DNA of 64,000 nt from Bugula neritina (taxonomy: Eukaryota; Animalia; Bryozoa), in assembly GCA_964035545.1 (NCBI GenBank), contig OZ037773.1, forward strand, positions 7,097,751 to 7,161,750. The letters are read 5' to 3'. Under the pieces are notes generated by a model. It searched no databases and was not told where the DNA came from. It saw nothing but the letters and a program-made list of their open reading frames with translations. Shown piece by piece: positions 13,143-29,442 of this stretch; positions within the stretch are counted from its first letter, which is position 1; every line of letters starts with the position of its first letter. A program made the position numbers and the translations under genes.

Positions 13143-15065
13143 ATGGGTAAGAATATCTTGTGAGTCTTTCAAATTCAAAAAAAGAATAATGTATGGCAGC
13201 TGTTAGTATTTTTTCATTTTTATATAGCATACATAATTTTATTATCATTATTCAACTTTTTATTCTTGTTCAATTAGTTTTTTAAAGGAAAAACTAGCAA
13301 ACTTTGTTTTACATAAATTCAGCATACAACTTTTAGTAGCAGAAAGCTGGAGTCTAAAACAGTAAAGCTATATTTATATGCTCAGCATTTAAGTTTCTTG
13401 GCTTCATCCAAGACTTAATAATAATAATGTAGAAAAGAGTTATTTATCATGATATAGTTATATGTTGTTGTAGATAGAATGAGTCTCTTCTCAATGCTCT
13501 GTTTTCTGGTAGCTATTCACACCACTCACTCTGCAAGTCTCATCAAGTATGGACCATAATATCACTAGTTACTTGTGTATTAGTTTTTTTTATTTATGAG
13601 TATAAGATGGGAAATACTGCATATAATAGCCATATAAAGGTGACTCAAGTATAATGGTAGAAACAAAAATAGTTACATGAACACATCACTAGCAAGAAAT
13701 ATTACAATGTAAGACATGGTTGCCTTGGGTAGAACACATTTGTATTACTGTTGATACTAATGTATACCATGGTGTAACACATGTGTAGTACTGTGTAACA
13801 CATGCGTAGCACTGTGTAATACATATGTAGTACTGTATAATATATGTGTAGTACTGTATAATACAAGTAAGGGAGCAGCCGTGGTCTAGGGGTTAGAGCG
13901 TTCGCTTTGGGAACACGAAGTTGTGGGTTCAAACCCCGACAAAGGCCATTGGTGATGTTAGGAAGAGCATCCAGTCATAATTGCTTCTGTGCCTCATTTG
14001 AACGAGTCCTTAGCCCGTTCTAACAAAAACCCTTTCTATCAGGGGTTTCTCACAGGGATAGCGACTATAAACTTACGTGAGTTTTCTTTTGTATAATACA
14101 TGTGTAGTACTGTATAACACATGTGTAGTACTGTGTAGTACTGTGTAATACACATGTGTAGTACTGTATAATACATGTTTAGTACTGTATAACACATGTG
14201 TAGTACTGTATAACACATTCGTAGTACTGTGTAACACATGTGTTGTACTGGTTTGCAGGAAGAGGTCTCTACCAGCTCCATGTTCAGCCACCTTAAGATC
14301 CACACTTGACGCCCCTCTTGTACTGTTGGAGACTCTGAATCAGGATTACATTGTATGTATTTTTTGGCTCAGAATCTTTTCAGTTTCTAACTTTAAAAGC
14401 AAAAATAGAAAAAAAATTTATTTGAAATTATTTGAAAGAAAGATAGAGGTAAGGTAATAACTGTTTTACTGAGGCTATAATTACCAGGAGTTGCATAACC
14501 TATCATATGAAGCCCATGGGAAAACTAATGCACAATTATTACAAGGGTGTTACTTATTTCTGAAATTTCTATCCCATCAGATAATTACAGATCAAACAAA
14601 ACCCTTGTCTTGATGTAAAGTATAATTACTGAAAATTGTTTAACTAATGCACTTTTCTACAAAACAGTTTTGTTTTAAGTTTATCCAATTCTGGGGCTAT
14701 GTATACATGGAGTTGTCTCCTTTTTTATTTACTGTGATTACTATTATTGCTAGTGCTACTAGTTCATACTGGAAACTTCAGATAGAGGAAACCAGTATTT
14801 GTTGTATGTACAAGTAGTCCAGGATGTCTAAAAAATACTGATTGTCTTTTCATGCAAGAATTACAAACTACTTTTGTAAAAGTTCTGCTTTTTTAAAGCA
14901 TTTGTCTGCCTCAAACATAAAAGAATTTGGTGCTTAAAAATTTTAACTATTATTTTAAACAATATTTTAGGAAGAGCATTTCTGCACAGAAGTGAATCAA
15001 CATCCAGTCCAAGTAGTTCGGAATATTACCTGCGGCTACTTCAATGTAAGTAAAGTTACCTGCAG

Positions 15066-15162
<97 letters not shown>

Positions 15163-16114
15163 CACACGCACACACGCACACACGCACACACGCACACACG
15201 CACACACGCACACGCACACACGCACACGCACACGCACACACACGCACACACACACATGCACACACACACATGCACGCGGGCATATAATTACTGTATGGCT
15301 AGTGCCTTTATCAAACTGTAAATTACATCCTGCTTTAAGTCAGTGAAATAATAATTTTTATTTACTTTTAGTATATAGCAGCCCGGGGAGATTTGGCACG
15401 CAAACTGGATGAACACAGATGCATGCTGCAAGAAAGTTTCCCCTCTAATGATGTCCACAAGTTTGGCAGAATGGCAGCGTTCAGTGAACTTATTGATGCT
15501 ATCATCTCAGCCATAGATGAAAACGAAACAGGGGGCTGTGACAACTCTGCCCTTTACGTAAGTATTCTATATATGTAGACAGGGATACCATGGGAAGTGC
15601 TGGGGTAGTTTATTATCAACAGGAATACTGGGGTAATTTATTATATGCAGGGGTTTTTGTGTAGTTTCTTATATACAAGGATACTGGGGTAGTTTATTAC
15701 ACACAGGGATGTTAGGAGAGTTTATTATAGGGGGGGGGGGGTGGGGGGTGGGGGGGGTTATTGGGGTAGTTTATTATATACATGGGTTTAGGTCTAGTTT
15801 ATTATATACAATGATACAGGGGTAGTTTATTATAAACAGCTTTTTTCATAGATATTTACATTAATTAAAATCATTGATTTAACTCTGTTGAAGAATTATG
15901 CATAACTCAACAGAGTTACATCATGATTTATCTAACGATTTAGGTGAACAGAGTGAATGAAAGTGGTTACAACAATGTCTATCACAGCCATCTTGTACAC
16001 CTGTATGATGAGATATTGTGCACTAAGACTTCTTGTGAAAGAGAAGGTGGTCAGCCTGATGAAGAGCCCTTACTCTCTAAACTCCCTGTGTATATAAGAT
16101 GTCAAAGTAACTAA
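13143..16114 (+). CDS. Secreted 8-Cys helical protein, paralog 3 (200 aa)
   Basis: Exons 13143-13146, 13474-13546, 14259-14352, 14971-15045, 15372-15557, 15944-16114; 603 nt. [208 protein letters not shown] at 13060. Confidence 0.9.
13770..14250. repeat. About 21-bp minisatellite (gtagtactgtataacacatgt), interrupted by a SINE
   Basis: Units at 13770-13865 and 14090-14250; source of the MCYTVLH-repeat ORFs. Confidence 0.9.
13871..14085 (+). mobile_element. tRNA-derived SINE, near full-length copy
   Basis: A-box TGGTCTAGGGG and B-box GGTTCAAACC, then a body (ggtgatgttaggaagagcatccagtcataattgct) and tail (caggggtttctcacagggatagcgactataaac) shared with the copies at 10300 and 59745. Confidence 0.88.
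15067..15275. repeat. Compound (CA)n/(CGCA)n microsatellite in intron 4 of paralog 3
   Basis: Visible directly. Confidence 0.97.
15590..15835. repeat. Degenerate ~29-bp minisatellite (ggggtagtttattatata core) with a poly-G tract
   Basis: About 7 degenerate units; G-run at 15730-15757. Confidence 0.75.
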
Positions 16115-18501
16115 ACTATGCCCCAGAGGAAAGACAACTCTACTTAGTGACTGCTTGTTGTTATTTAACAAATTTATCAATTTATTTTTGATCTAATTTT
16201 ATACTTCAACTTTGCAATGTTGAATAGCTGCTATTTCTATTAAAGTAAAAATAGTTTGTTTATATTTCTAGTTTATGTTTATGGTATTAATCTAGCTACA
16301 AATGCACTAGAGTCTAGACTATAATAAAAATTAAAAGAATTGCATCTGCATGTATATATATCTCAATTTATTACAGTCATGACAGAGAAAAGTTTAATTA
16401 TATCGAAACTTAGTGACTAGGTCAATACCTTATATTATCTTGAACATGCTGATTTAGAGCAAGTTGTCTATTTGTTTATATTCAAAACTTGAACAGCGGT
16501 CTCAATAAACTCAATTTCTTGATATTTCTCTGAATAGCATTCGAAGTACTCCAGATTAAAAGTTCCAGTTTAAAATTTTGACAGTCTGAAGATGTAAAGC
16601 TGTTTTAGTTAGAAGAATATAAGTTATGTTAACACGGGACATTTGATCTGCACCCCAAATCAAAAATTTATAATAATATTAAAATAATCTAGGCTACACA
16701 AAAAAGTTTAACTTGTGTCCTAAATTAGAATGCGTTGAAATTAAAAAATTAGCTACTGAAACTTCCCAGTTTTGGCACTTGAACGAAATGTCTAGTAGAC
16801 AGTCTTGTGCAGTTAGCTAAAAGTAGTGTTGAAATAATGTTACATAACCACCTAAACTAGTGCCTTGTTTAATACCATCACAGCCAGATTAAAGTATATT
16901 TAACTGCACTGTGCACTTAGAAAATGAAACTTTAAAGAACAGAGTATGAAAAACCAAATTCTAACATTTACCAGCACATGCTTTGCACAGCACTAGATGA
17001 AGTATGGCTTATAAGTTTCATTAATTATTTTCAGACTATTTGCTAACATCAGTTGTGTATTAGCATTGATCAAGTATTTTGAAAAGTAGACATAACTTTC
17101 ATAAATAAAATCTCCTTTTGATAATTTATCGTTAATCAAGAGCTAGGAGGAAAATAACATTTCTGACCAAGGATCCTTTGGGTAATATTCTATTTGGTTC
17201 ATCCATTTGACAAGAGTTGAAAGAATCTCATCTCCATGCTGATGGCTAAAACTTTAAATCCCAAAATGCAATTTTTTTGCAAAATTAAATTAACAAATCT
17301 TAGCCTGAATGAAACTTTATTTTATAGACCAAGATGTTGACAAGTAATTCATTAGAAATGTACTATTCTCATTGTATCCATTCTAGTCATTAAAAGTAAT
17401 TTATGTATCATAAGAAATGCTTGTAATTTGGATATATAGAATTTAGGCAGTCAAAAAAGAAATTTAGCTTGATTTAGTCACTTAGAAAGTATTTTCCTTT
17501 ACATTTAATTTGATAGTCTCAATAAAAAACAGTTTATTGCAAATATTTTTCTGCACCATTTGAGGCATGAACCATCCCTTATAATGACTAAAACAACATC
17601 GTTATAGCTAAAAACTACACATTTTAAATGTGGCTACATTTACTTTGTGCTCAATCTTTTCCCACCAACATAATATTAAATATCTTGTTTACTTTAACCA
17701 GCTAGGTATTTCTATACCAGTTTACAATAAATATAAGCCGAGTGCATTTTTGCTCTCATTCTTTAGATTAATTATGAATTCAACTGTTTCTGAAATTTTC
17801 TTAGCAAACCAGCTTTATATTCTCACTTTGATTATCTTCTTAAGTTTGTAGGTGCAGTAATAGAAAAATTTAGAAAAGCCAGTACACTTTGTTGGAAATG
17901 TAGCAAAAGAAGTTATGCTCTTTTGAAAATTTCAACTCCCAAACCAAAATTTATTAAAAAAGTTTAAAAGTTGTAGGCTATTAAAATTTCTTTACTGTTG
18001 CACTTGAAGTTCGCTAGTTTCAGTTTTGCTAGTTTTTTATCTCTTGACTATGGAAGCCGTTAGCCAAACCAAACAAAAATGAAGTAGTAAACAAGTTTCC
18101 AAATGCACCTATTAAAAAGTTTTGTCTGCGGCTGTTGCTATTATCTAGGTACTAGGACATGTTCTCTCAGCTCAGCGGTTTAGTGCAGGTTACTTAAGAG
18201 ATAGATATCTATTACCTTTAACTTCTGTTGTAAATATCCCAATGTCTTTTGTAATTGAAAGGTACAAAGACATCATTATCTAGCAACGCCATGGAATAAA
18301 TGCAGTCATTTGGTCTAATTTATAGACATATGGCGGTGTTTGCATACTGATTTAAACACCTTTATTACCATGGATGATAGGTAACTCATTTCTACCAGTT
18401 TTCAGGTATAAAAGCTGCTTATAAATACTGGAGTTCAGTTATTTACAGCTAGCTGTTGGGTCTTTTAGCTTCCTGGTCATATGCTGAATTGGAAACTAGC
18501 A

Positions 18502-20873
18502 ATGAGTGAGTATATTTGCTGATAGTAGTAATGGCAAGTAGATTCTATAGAATGCCATAGGATTATTTGATACATTTTTGAAAAGTAATTAAATTTAGTT
18601 TGAAAAGTAAAAAAAAGTTATGTTTGTAAATGTACAAAAGCTGAACTAAATAAAAAAACTAGTATAATAAAAAAAAATGTTACTGAAAACTTGGCTAAAA
18701 TACTAAATCAACATAATTTTAGGTCAGCAGTATTTAGCTAATTTTAATAAACAAATTTTTTGCTACTTTGGAAACAATATTGTGTTTCTCTGCATTATTT
18801 GCTGGCTCTAGTTACACAAATGTTTACTTTTTTTGAGATCAGATTTATGCAAAATATTTTATAAATAACTTTTGTCCACAACTTTTATTAGTAAAGCTAA
18901 AGCTTGCATCAATAGAATAGTGAATGAAAAAAGGGGTTGTATATTATTTTTAATCATTTCTTTCTGGTTAAAATTTGTAGATAAAGTAACTTTTTTCTCC
19001 GTTTTCTGCACCTGCACCGTGTTGTTCATCTATGCAGTTGAATCTGCCAGTATTCACAGGTTTGTAAATATTCTCATACAATCATAACATTAAATTTAAT
19101 TGTGTAGAATTAAATGTTTATTTTACTTCTTTGTTCTTTGAACCGAGTTAAAGTTGCTTACAGCGTACCTTCTATTTTAGCATTCATTAGATTGGTTTAG
19201 CTTAACAAGAAATTAATTCTATTGGTTACAGGAATATTTTCCGTGTAGCTCGAAAGGAAAGGTCATTAAGTGCATTTTGTGCTGCGGAGCTGACAACGAA
19301 GCTGAATAATTCGTTGGGTTTATTAAAGACTCTGAATGACTTCTACATTGTAAGTTCTTACAAGAATGTCTAAACTGCAAAGATATGGATTGTCTTTAAT
19401 CTTATATTATAAGTTTCTATAATATATTTTGAATTTGTGGTATGTAGGGGCCTGAGCAATGAAACGATTATTTGAATAAGCTTAGAAATGTAGTGATAGT
19501 ATGTTATAAATTTTGTTTGATTAAAGTAAAAAGAGATTGCATCTAACTTTCTCGGGTGTCTTGGAAGTTTGTCCAGAGAGATCATTTTTGTAATAAAGTT
19601 GAATAGAAAGGAAATGTTAATAACTGGAATTTGGTTTCAGGATCAACACCTTTGTCCTGGAGCTGGCAAACAACCAACTTATGCCAGTGCCTACTTAACC
19701 TGCAGCTACTTTGAAGTGAGTGATGTACTATCAAAGTTTGGCCAGAATTTATAGTCTTCATGTTTTGATCTTTAAGCAAATGGGAGCTAAGATATTCCAT
19801 GTTGCAATTCATATTGCTTATAACTTGCCTATATCTCATTTGAACTATTAAAAAAGAAGGGAGATACTAAAAAAGAAATTGTTTGTGACGTTTCAATGTA
19901 GTTTTATTTTTTGTTAGCATTTGATCACTGAACGCAAGCTTGCTAATGAATTACATGAAAATCTTTGCTTGCTGGAAATTGCAATGTCGAAAGACCACCC
20001 AGAACTAGCTCAGCTTAATGAGAATGTCCGTTATGTCATCGGAATGATCACATCTGACGAAGCTCTTGCTGTTTGTGACACAACTCATTTCGTGAGTTAA
20101 TAGTTAATGTATATATTAGTTTAAGATTTCATTAAAAACACAGCATTGAAATATTTTAATTTTACTAAAATGATGAAAGCTGTAAAATCTATTTTTAAAA
20201 CTAAATTTGCTAGGTCGATGGTAATAACCAAAACTCTCTACACACACAAGTTTTCAACATACTAGTTGAGTAAATATGTAAAATCCTAATAAATTTCAAA
20301 CCATAGATTCATTTATTGGGAATATTTGTGATCTTGTTTAGGTTTTAGTTGTTTTTTTAAATTATCTGCTATTAAAACAAAACACAAGTTTTTATTCAAT
20401 TCTTGTTGGCCATTATTATACAGATGAATCGGACTGAGACGATTGGTTACCATAACGTGTACTACAACTCTCTAGTTCCTTTATACGACCACAGCATATG
20501 TGCATTAGCCACCTGCAACCTGCAGGAGAGTATATCTTCAGAAGACCAAGAATCTTCTGCAGAACCAGAATCTAGTGCGGAAGACCAAGGATCTTCTGCA
20601 GAGCCAGAATCTAGCGCAGAACCAGAGTCAAGTGGAGAATCTGAGGTTAATGCGGAGCCAGAGTCCAGTGCAGAACCAGAATCTAGTGCAGAACCAGAGT
20701 CAAGTGGAGAATCAGAGCTTAGCGCAGAACCTGAGTCTAGCGCAGAACCAGAGTCTAGCGCAGAACTCAAGTCTAAAGCGAAGCGAGAGCTTAGTGCAGA
20801 ACCAGGGTCCAGTGCATCATACTTGTATTCTGATTTGCCTGTTTTTATAGAATGTATAGATGCCAACATGTAA
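18502..20873 (+). CDS. Secreted 8-Cys helical protein, paralog 4 (299 aa, acidic SAEPES-repeat insert)
   Basis: Exons 18502-18505, 18981-19059, 19232-19349, 19641-19715, 19918-20091, 20424-20873; 900 nt. MNKVTFFSVFCTCTVLFIYAVESASIHRNIFRVARKERSLSAFCAAELTTKLNNSLGLLKTLNDFYIDQHLCPGAGKQPTYASAYLTCSYFEHLITERKLANELHENLCLLEIAMSKDHPELAQLNENVRYVIGMITSDEALAVCDTTHFMNRTETIGYHNVYYNSLVPLYDHSICALATCNLQES...(SAEPES)n...YLYSDLPVFIECIDANM. TATAAAAG at 18407. Confidence 0.9.
20535..20817 (+). repeat. Coding 18-bp tandem repeat (SAEPES hexapeptide, about 15 units)
   Basis: In frame within the last exon of paralog 4, with synonymous variation between units. Confidence 0.9.
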
Positions 20874-21790
20874 TGGTTGTAGTCTTATCCTTCAAACAGT
20901 GTTGAAGCAGAGAATACCTGCATGAGTTTATACTACACTCCTGCTCTTATAAAGTAAAACCAAATATACTCACAAAATTAAGCTAAAATATAAGTCTTTT
21001 CTTTTCTGTCAAATATATACCTCAGAAACAAAAAAGTGAAATAGATCAAACCGTGACAATCCTAAATAATCTTCTAATTCAACTAATGTCTGATTGTAGT
21101 AATCATCAACTTTTTCTTATATAAAGAACTAACTTGATGCTAAATATAATTTATTAACATAATTTATATTGCAGTTCATCAATCATTGAAAACTTTTAAG
21201 CAGAAGTTTTTAATAATTTTGTTTAGAAACATAATATAAGTTTAGAAGCTTTAGATTTTCAATCAAATTTAGACATTGCAAAAACTAAAAAAGTTCATGT
21301 TTACTAATTTTGAAGGAAAACAAAAATGTTGTGTTTTCAAGAACAAGGCTTACTTAAGCACCAAGTAAACTTAATTCAGCGATAGGAAATAAACTGAACT
21401 TACACATATGGCAGTACAAACGTTTTGCACTCAACTTACTTATAATAGAACAAGTGAACAAAACATGAAACTTTCTAAGCATTCTATTTTTAGGTACAAG
21501 ACACAATTAAATTTGAGCCCACCTGGTGTTCTTATAGATCTTATTCTATAATAATGAATAGTTTTTAGTGAAATTATAGTCGCAAATAAACAACCCTAAT
21601 AATTATATAGGTAGGTGTAAACTCATACCCAATAATTTGTCATAGACTTAAACAGAAGGTTATTATTATCATTATCTCCGTCAAATAACACATTGAAAGT
21701 TTATAACAAACCAACAGTCTCTATTCTACCTCAGAGAGTATCAGATTCCTTAACCTTCACCATACTGTTCACATCTTTCTACTAAAAATC

Positions 21791-24447
<2,657 letters not shown>

Positions 24448-25646
24448 TTTCGGCAGCTAAGAGTAGATGCTGCCAACAGCAACCCTAGAACTTCCCTAGT
24501 ACGGAGTTCAGTTGCTACAGTGTAAATTTTGGTATATTATTATATCACCCAATGTTTCTCACGTTTTACATTCATATCATCAGATCAGAATATTAAATGC
24601 AAAAATAAACCTTGAAAATTTTAACAGTGTTGCTATATATTATTTATAAATATAATCATACTAAAACAAAACTGTACATAAAACACATCCCAATGTAATA
24701 CACAAAATTTTTGACTTGTAGAAGTTTAGGCTATAGATGTCTTGCATCTCATTGGTTAATATTTAAGAACATTAGATTACATTGACACTGCCCTATAAAC
24801 TGGTGTTTTTGACACTAAAATAAATATGTTGTTGTTTAATTTTTATGCAATACAATATGGGGAAACAAGAAATTTGTAGAAAAAACTATTTTCAATTTAA
24901 AGACAACAAAATTTGTTACAAATTGTTAGCCTCACTTTGTTCTACAGAGCTACTACCCTGTATAATGTATATATGCATAAGATTTATATAACATTTCACA
25001 AGTCTGCATTCTATTATATTAAAGTTATTTTGAAGACTTTCTGTGTTTTCCAAATCTTGAGATCATTATGGATTTTCTGGTAAATATAGAAACCTAAAGT
25101 TGAATAATCATAGGATCTAAGAGTATCTATTGAAAAACTGGTTTATATATATATATATAAGCCATGAAGTTTTATGGGTACATTTCATTGATAATAACAA
25201 ATCAAGAGTAGTTTTAAATGACTTATTAAACATTTCTAACAGAAAATCTGTGCATTAGACAAAAACTAAATCTCTCTACGTAATACAAATTCTGCAGGGA
25301 ATAATGCCACAATATTTAAGTAGGCTTAAACAGTTGAATAAAAGAATTTCTGGGCAACTTAAACAGTACTTCTTTGGTGTATACAGGTATTACAGCATAA
25401 TGAGCTTGAATGTATTATATCTTATTCTTATCCAGTGAATTTATACACAATGTACAGCAGTAATTACCAAAGTTTCAAAGGTCTGGTTTCTTTATCAAAT
25501 GAATTTGAAAGCTTCCTAAGCTGGTTTTAGACAAATATAATTCTTAGATTTAAATAAGAAGCTTACAAACTTAAAAGAGTACAGCAGGTATATATATAGT
25601 ATTATTTAATAATTTCTTGCTTCAGTTGATTTGTGGAACCGTCAAG

Positions 25647-28600
25647 ATGAGTAAGTATATTACACAGATTGGCTGTATATTTTATTATAAAATGTAGAAA
25701 ATAATTCCCTATAGTGTATAGCGTCTAATCATATGTTTTTTAATACAAATTTATATTTATTTATTTGATTTTTAAAGCAAGCTATAATGACAGACCTATA
25801 ACTACTAAGAATTTGACTATGCTAATATTGAAACTAGATGAAGGATTTTTTTTCAGAAGTATCTCATAGTAATAAAAGCTCCTAAATTAGAGTTAAGATA
25901 ATTAAAACTCTCAAACATGTAGAAGATGGAAGAAACTGGAAATTATTATTTGCTTTATTGAATTTCATTATCTATTAGTACTATAAGTATTATTTGCTTG
26001 CCAAACTGCTACTATTCTATCAAATATTTTGCAGATAAAGTGATCTTTTTCTTTGCTTCTTGCTCTCTTTTTATCCTAGCAGAGACAGCTACAATTAGCC
26101 CTAAAAAGTGAGTTACAAATCTTATATATGCTTTACCTATATGCATGTAATCATCAGCCACTTTGGCATTCTGTATGAGCGAGTTTTTAGTTGAAGTTAT
26201 CTTGATGTCTTCCTTTGTGTGGTTTTTTATTTTTTTTATATAAATAACCAATCTAGAAATCATTTTTCTGAGCTGCAACTGCATAAAAATGTTTTAGTGT
26301 ACACAATCCACACCAAGTTAAATGCTTTAATGTGAGGCCAATATAAGATATATTTTTGTTTCAGTGTTTAGTTGAGCTTTTTGTTTATTCAGGAAGTAAT
26401 GCAAATTACAATGTAAGACTTGACAAAATAGTGTAGTGAATTTTGCCAGTTCACTATTATTATTTGTGGGTCTACTTAATCAAAGCCACTGCGACAGGTT
26501 GTTTACGATAAGATATTTTATTAGTTATACAAATACAAGAAGGTTATTTACTGCTAGCATGAATAGAAAATGATTACATAATTAAAGAGCTTTAATACAC
26601 AACTGTTCTAAATGAAGTCCCAAGCTGCTCTGCCGGCTAGCTACTCAGCGCACTGCAACTACGAGTAGCTAGCTCCACCTGCTATCAATTAGTGTGACTG
26701 TCCTGATTGGCTAGCGTTAGTGGTGCCACTGTCGCCTGTAAGATATTGTCGGGTAACCGTCTACGCCGAGTCGTCTCTGTCGCTACTAATTAACTCCATC
26801 ACCATAAGCATAACACTAGCATCTGCTACTAAGCAGCTAACTGCCAGTGCAAACCATCTACGCCTCCTACAGTTGTTGATTCCATTTAACTAGTCTTGCC
26901 TTGTTTAACTGCGTGCATTAGTAGCTAGCAATAATTGTCCAGCAGATTGTACGCATTCCAATTGTCAGCTATTATGATAATTGATCTCCAGTACTTATAG
27001 CCATTATGCCAAGCGTATAGAGAGTAAGCCACCAAGAGTTATCCTTTCGATAATAACATAATCTGAAATCCATTACAATAGCTCATCACCTTATTGCGTG
27101 TTGAATTCTACATAAAATGCTTTTAGAATGCACTTTTAAATATTAATTGAATTAACTTTTGTACCACGTAACTCTAGCATTTGAAAATATTTTAAAGGTG
27201 ACATCAATTGACCAAAGCAACTAGTATCAATAGAAAAAAATTTTTTATTTTCAACGTCTCTCTGCAGCAAACAATTCACAATTTATTAGTGTTCTAACCA
27301 AAGACGCTTATAAGTGAAAGTTAATAAAATTAAAGTGTAGGTTTAGGCAGTTGAAAATAATTTTACCTTAGATAGAGATGACAACTGCAAGCTATGAGTT
27401 TTTATTTCTACTTCACAGTGGGGAGTTGCCATCTTACTGCACTTTTCCGGTCATATTCAATCTGAATCGAACTCAATCACTCATCAAGACGCTCAACAGA
27501 CATTACATTGTAAGTTATAATCCTTTACACCAGCTTCACAATGGCTGGCATATCTTGGAACTTCAACTGGAGCATAAAATGGTGTTTATTGATTTACTTG
27601 TATATCTGAATTCTTTTTAATAAATAGGAACATAAAAAAGTACACACAAACCAGCAAGAAATCAATAGACAGTATAGCTTTACCACTTCATAGATTTAAA
27701 GTTTACTATTATATCAAGTAATAAAGCTTGATTTTCATCATTGATAACAGTGAGGAGTAGATAAAGAGGCACAAAAAGGCAATGAATTATAATACAATAA
27801 GCTATATAAAACTTTATAATGACAAATATGCTACAGTAAACTTAGAAATTACCCCTTGAACCTTAGTTTCGTTATATATGTATACTTGTGCTGTTACAGG
27901 CTCATTTCTTGTGCCCTGAACAAAACCACACTCTGGTGTACACTAACCGATCAATAGACTGCGCGAACTCAGAGGTAAGCTCATTCATTGGTCACCTTTC
28001 ACCGCCGTGGTCCTGCGCGGGTGGCGGGATTTATTGGATCATATTGATTACCATGGCGGGATTTATTGGATCATATTAAAGTTGCTATAGTCTATACTAC
28101 ATTTCCAGTCACAAAACATCATTGTTTGGCACTCATATGAATATAGTTACTACTTGCTAATGTGTATAGCTTCTTATAATCTCTTGAAGTATATCAATAA
28201 TTTGCAATTTAAACAACAATAAATCTAATGCAATGTTTTTTGATAGATAACTTATGTCATAACTTTTAAATATAAATAGAAAGTCAATCTGTGTTAGTTC
28301 ATCTGCATACTCATTGCCACATCTATCTAGTCCATGTCCTCTAACAACTACGCTTGAATTAATTTTCAATATAAACTTTATCCATTTCTCCTGACATCTA
28401 CTACAATATAATACATCCACAGCGTCCAAAAAAAGAACTGCTGTTTGTTTTTCTACTCAATGAAGTTGACCGTGCTTTAGGTGGTACACCCAGACACTTT
28501 ACCAGAGAAGTTAGATAGACACAGGTGTGCACTAAAACACTCGTATGATGTGTATCACATACAAACACGAAACCTAAACCACCGAATGTCTTATCTAACC

Positions 28601-29442
28601 AACAAACTCAAAACGGACAGTGCAACCAACTGTGAGAACTACTCCGAGGTAACGTTTATCTCCATGGTTATTATATATATGAATATTTATTCACATTGAG
28701 ATGACAACTTCCTTTTGAAATAGCTGAATCATAAAATTATGAAAGTATTATTGATTAATTTTGTTGCATTTACAGTCAGTCTGACTAATAAGTCTGCTTG
28801 CCTGCATGTAACTGCACATTGTTTAGTCGCTTAGCATGCTGTTTACTTGGTATTTCATGTCCAAAATAGTTATTCAAAATTTCTAAAATTGACCTATCCT
28901 TCTAAATTATTTTTTACTTTCAATTTCTATTTTGTGACAAGAGTCAAAATATTTTTAACATTCTTATTTAATGTACTTATATATGTCACAGCAATAGTTA
29001 TTTGAAGTTATTTCATTTAAAACTACACAAGGCATGCCTCAATAAATGCTCTTAAACTTGTGAAAAACTTATATGTGAGTCTGTTTTTGCTTTTTGAATA
29101 ATTAAAAAGTTGTCTGACAAAGACTATCCCTGAAGCAATTCAAGGACAGTTTTTTATTGAATTTTGTGGTGCACAAAAAAATTTTATTGTAAAAGCTAGA
29201 TTTTTCAAGTTTCAATTTTGAAATTACTGAAACCACACTGGTCACTAATTACTGTATAACTAAAATACAGTTTATATTATTGGAACCCAATATATACTTT
29301 GTAGATAAAACATGCGCCTTGCTTGACCACATACAACGACCACCTTATCAAGCTCCATGAAGACATTGCCTGCCTGTTGCAATCCTGTGGAAAAGTTTCC
29401 GACACTAAAATTAATACGTTTGTCCGCTGTGAGCCAAAATAA
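25647..29442 (+). CDS. Secreted helical protein, paralog 6 (182 aa, 9 Cys, most divergent)
   Basis: Exons 25647-25650, 26035-26107, 27419-27509, 27900-27974, 28481-28648, 29305-29442; 549 nt. MNKVIFFFASCSLFILAETATISPKNGELPSYCTFPVIFNLNRTQSLIKTLNRHYIAHFLCPEQNHTLVYTNRSIDCANSEVVHPDTLPEKLDRHRCALKHSYDVYHIQTRNLNHRMSYLTNKLKTDSATNCENYSEIKHAPCLTTYNDHLIKLHEDIACLLQSCGKVSDTKINTFVRCEPK. TATA at 25589, AATAAA at 29574. Confidence 0.88.
26604..27058. mobile_element. GC-richer insertion with TGTT...AACA ends (possible solo LTR) in intron 2 of paralog 6
   Basis: Clear compositional shift and TG..CA ends with a weak inverted repeat; no clear target-site duplication. Confidence 0.35.

Noticed and set aside
16115-16300. 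AU-rich instability elements in 3' UTRs as support for the cytokine idea
   Set aside because: ATTTA is expected by chance at this AT content.
20462-20869. Antisense ALDSGS ORF and alternative-frame QSQNL ORF
   Set aside because: Shadows of the 18-bp coding repeat; only the SAEPES frame links the conserved family motifs.
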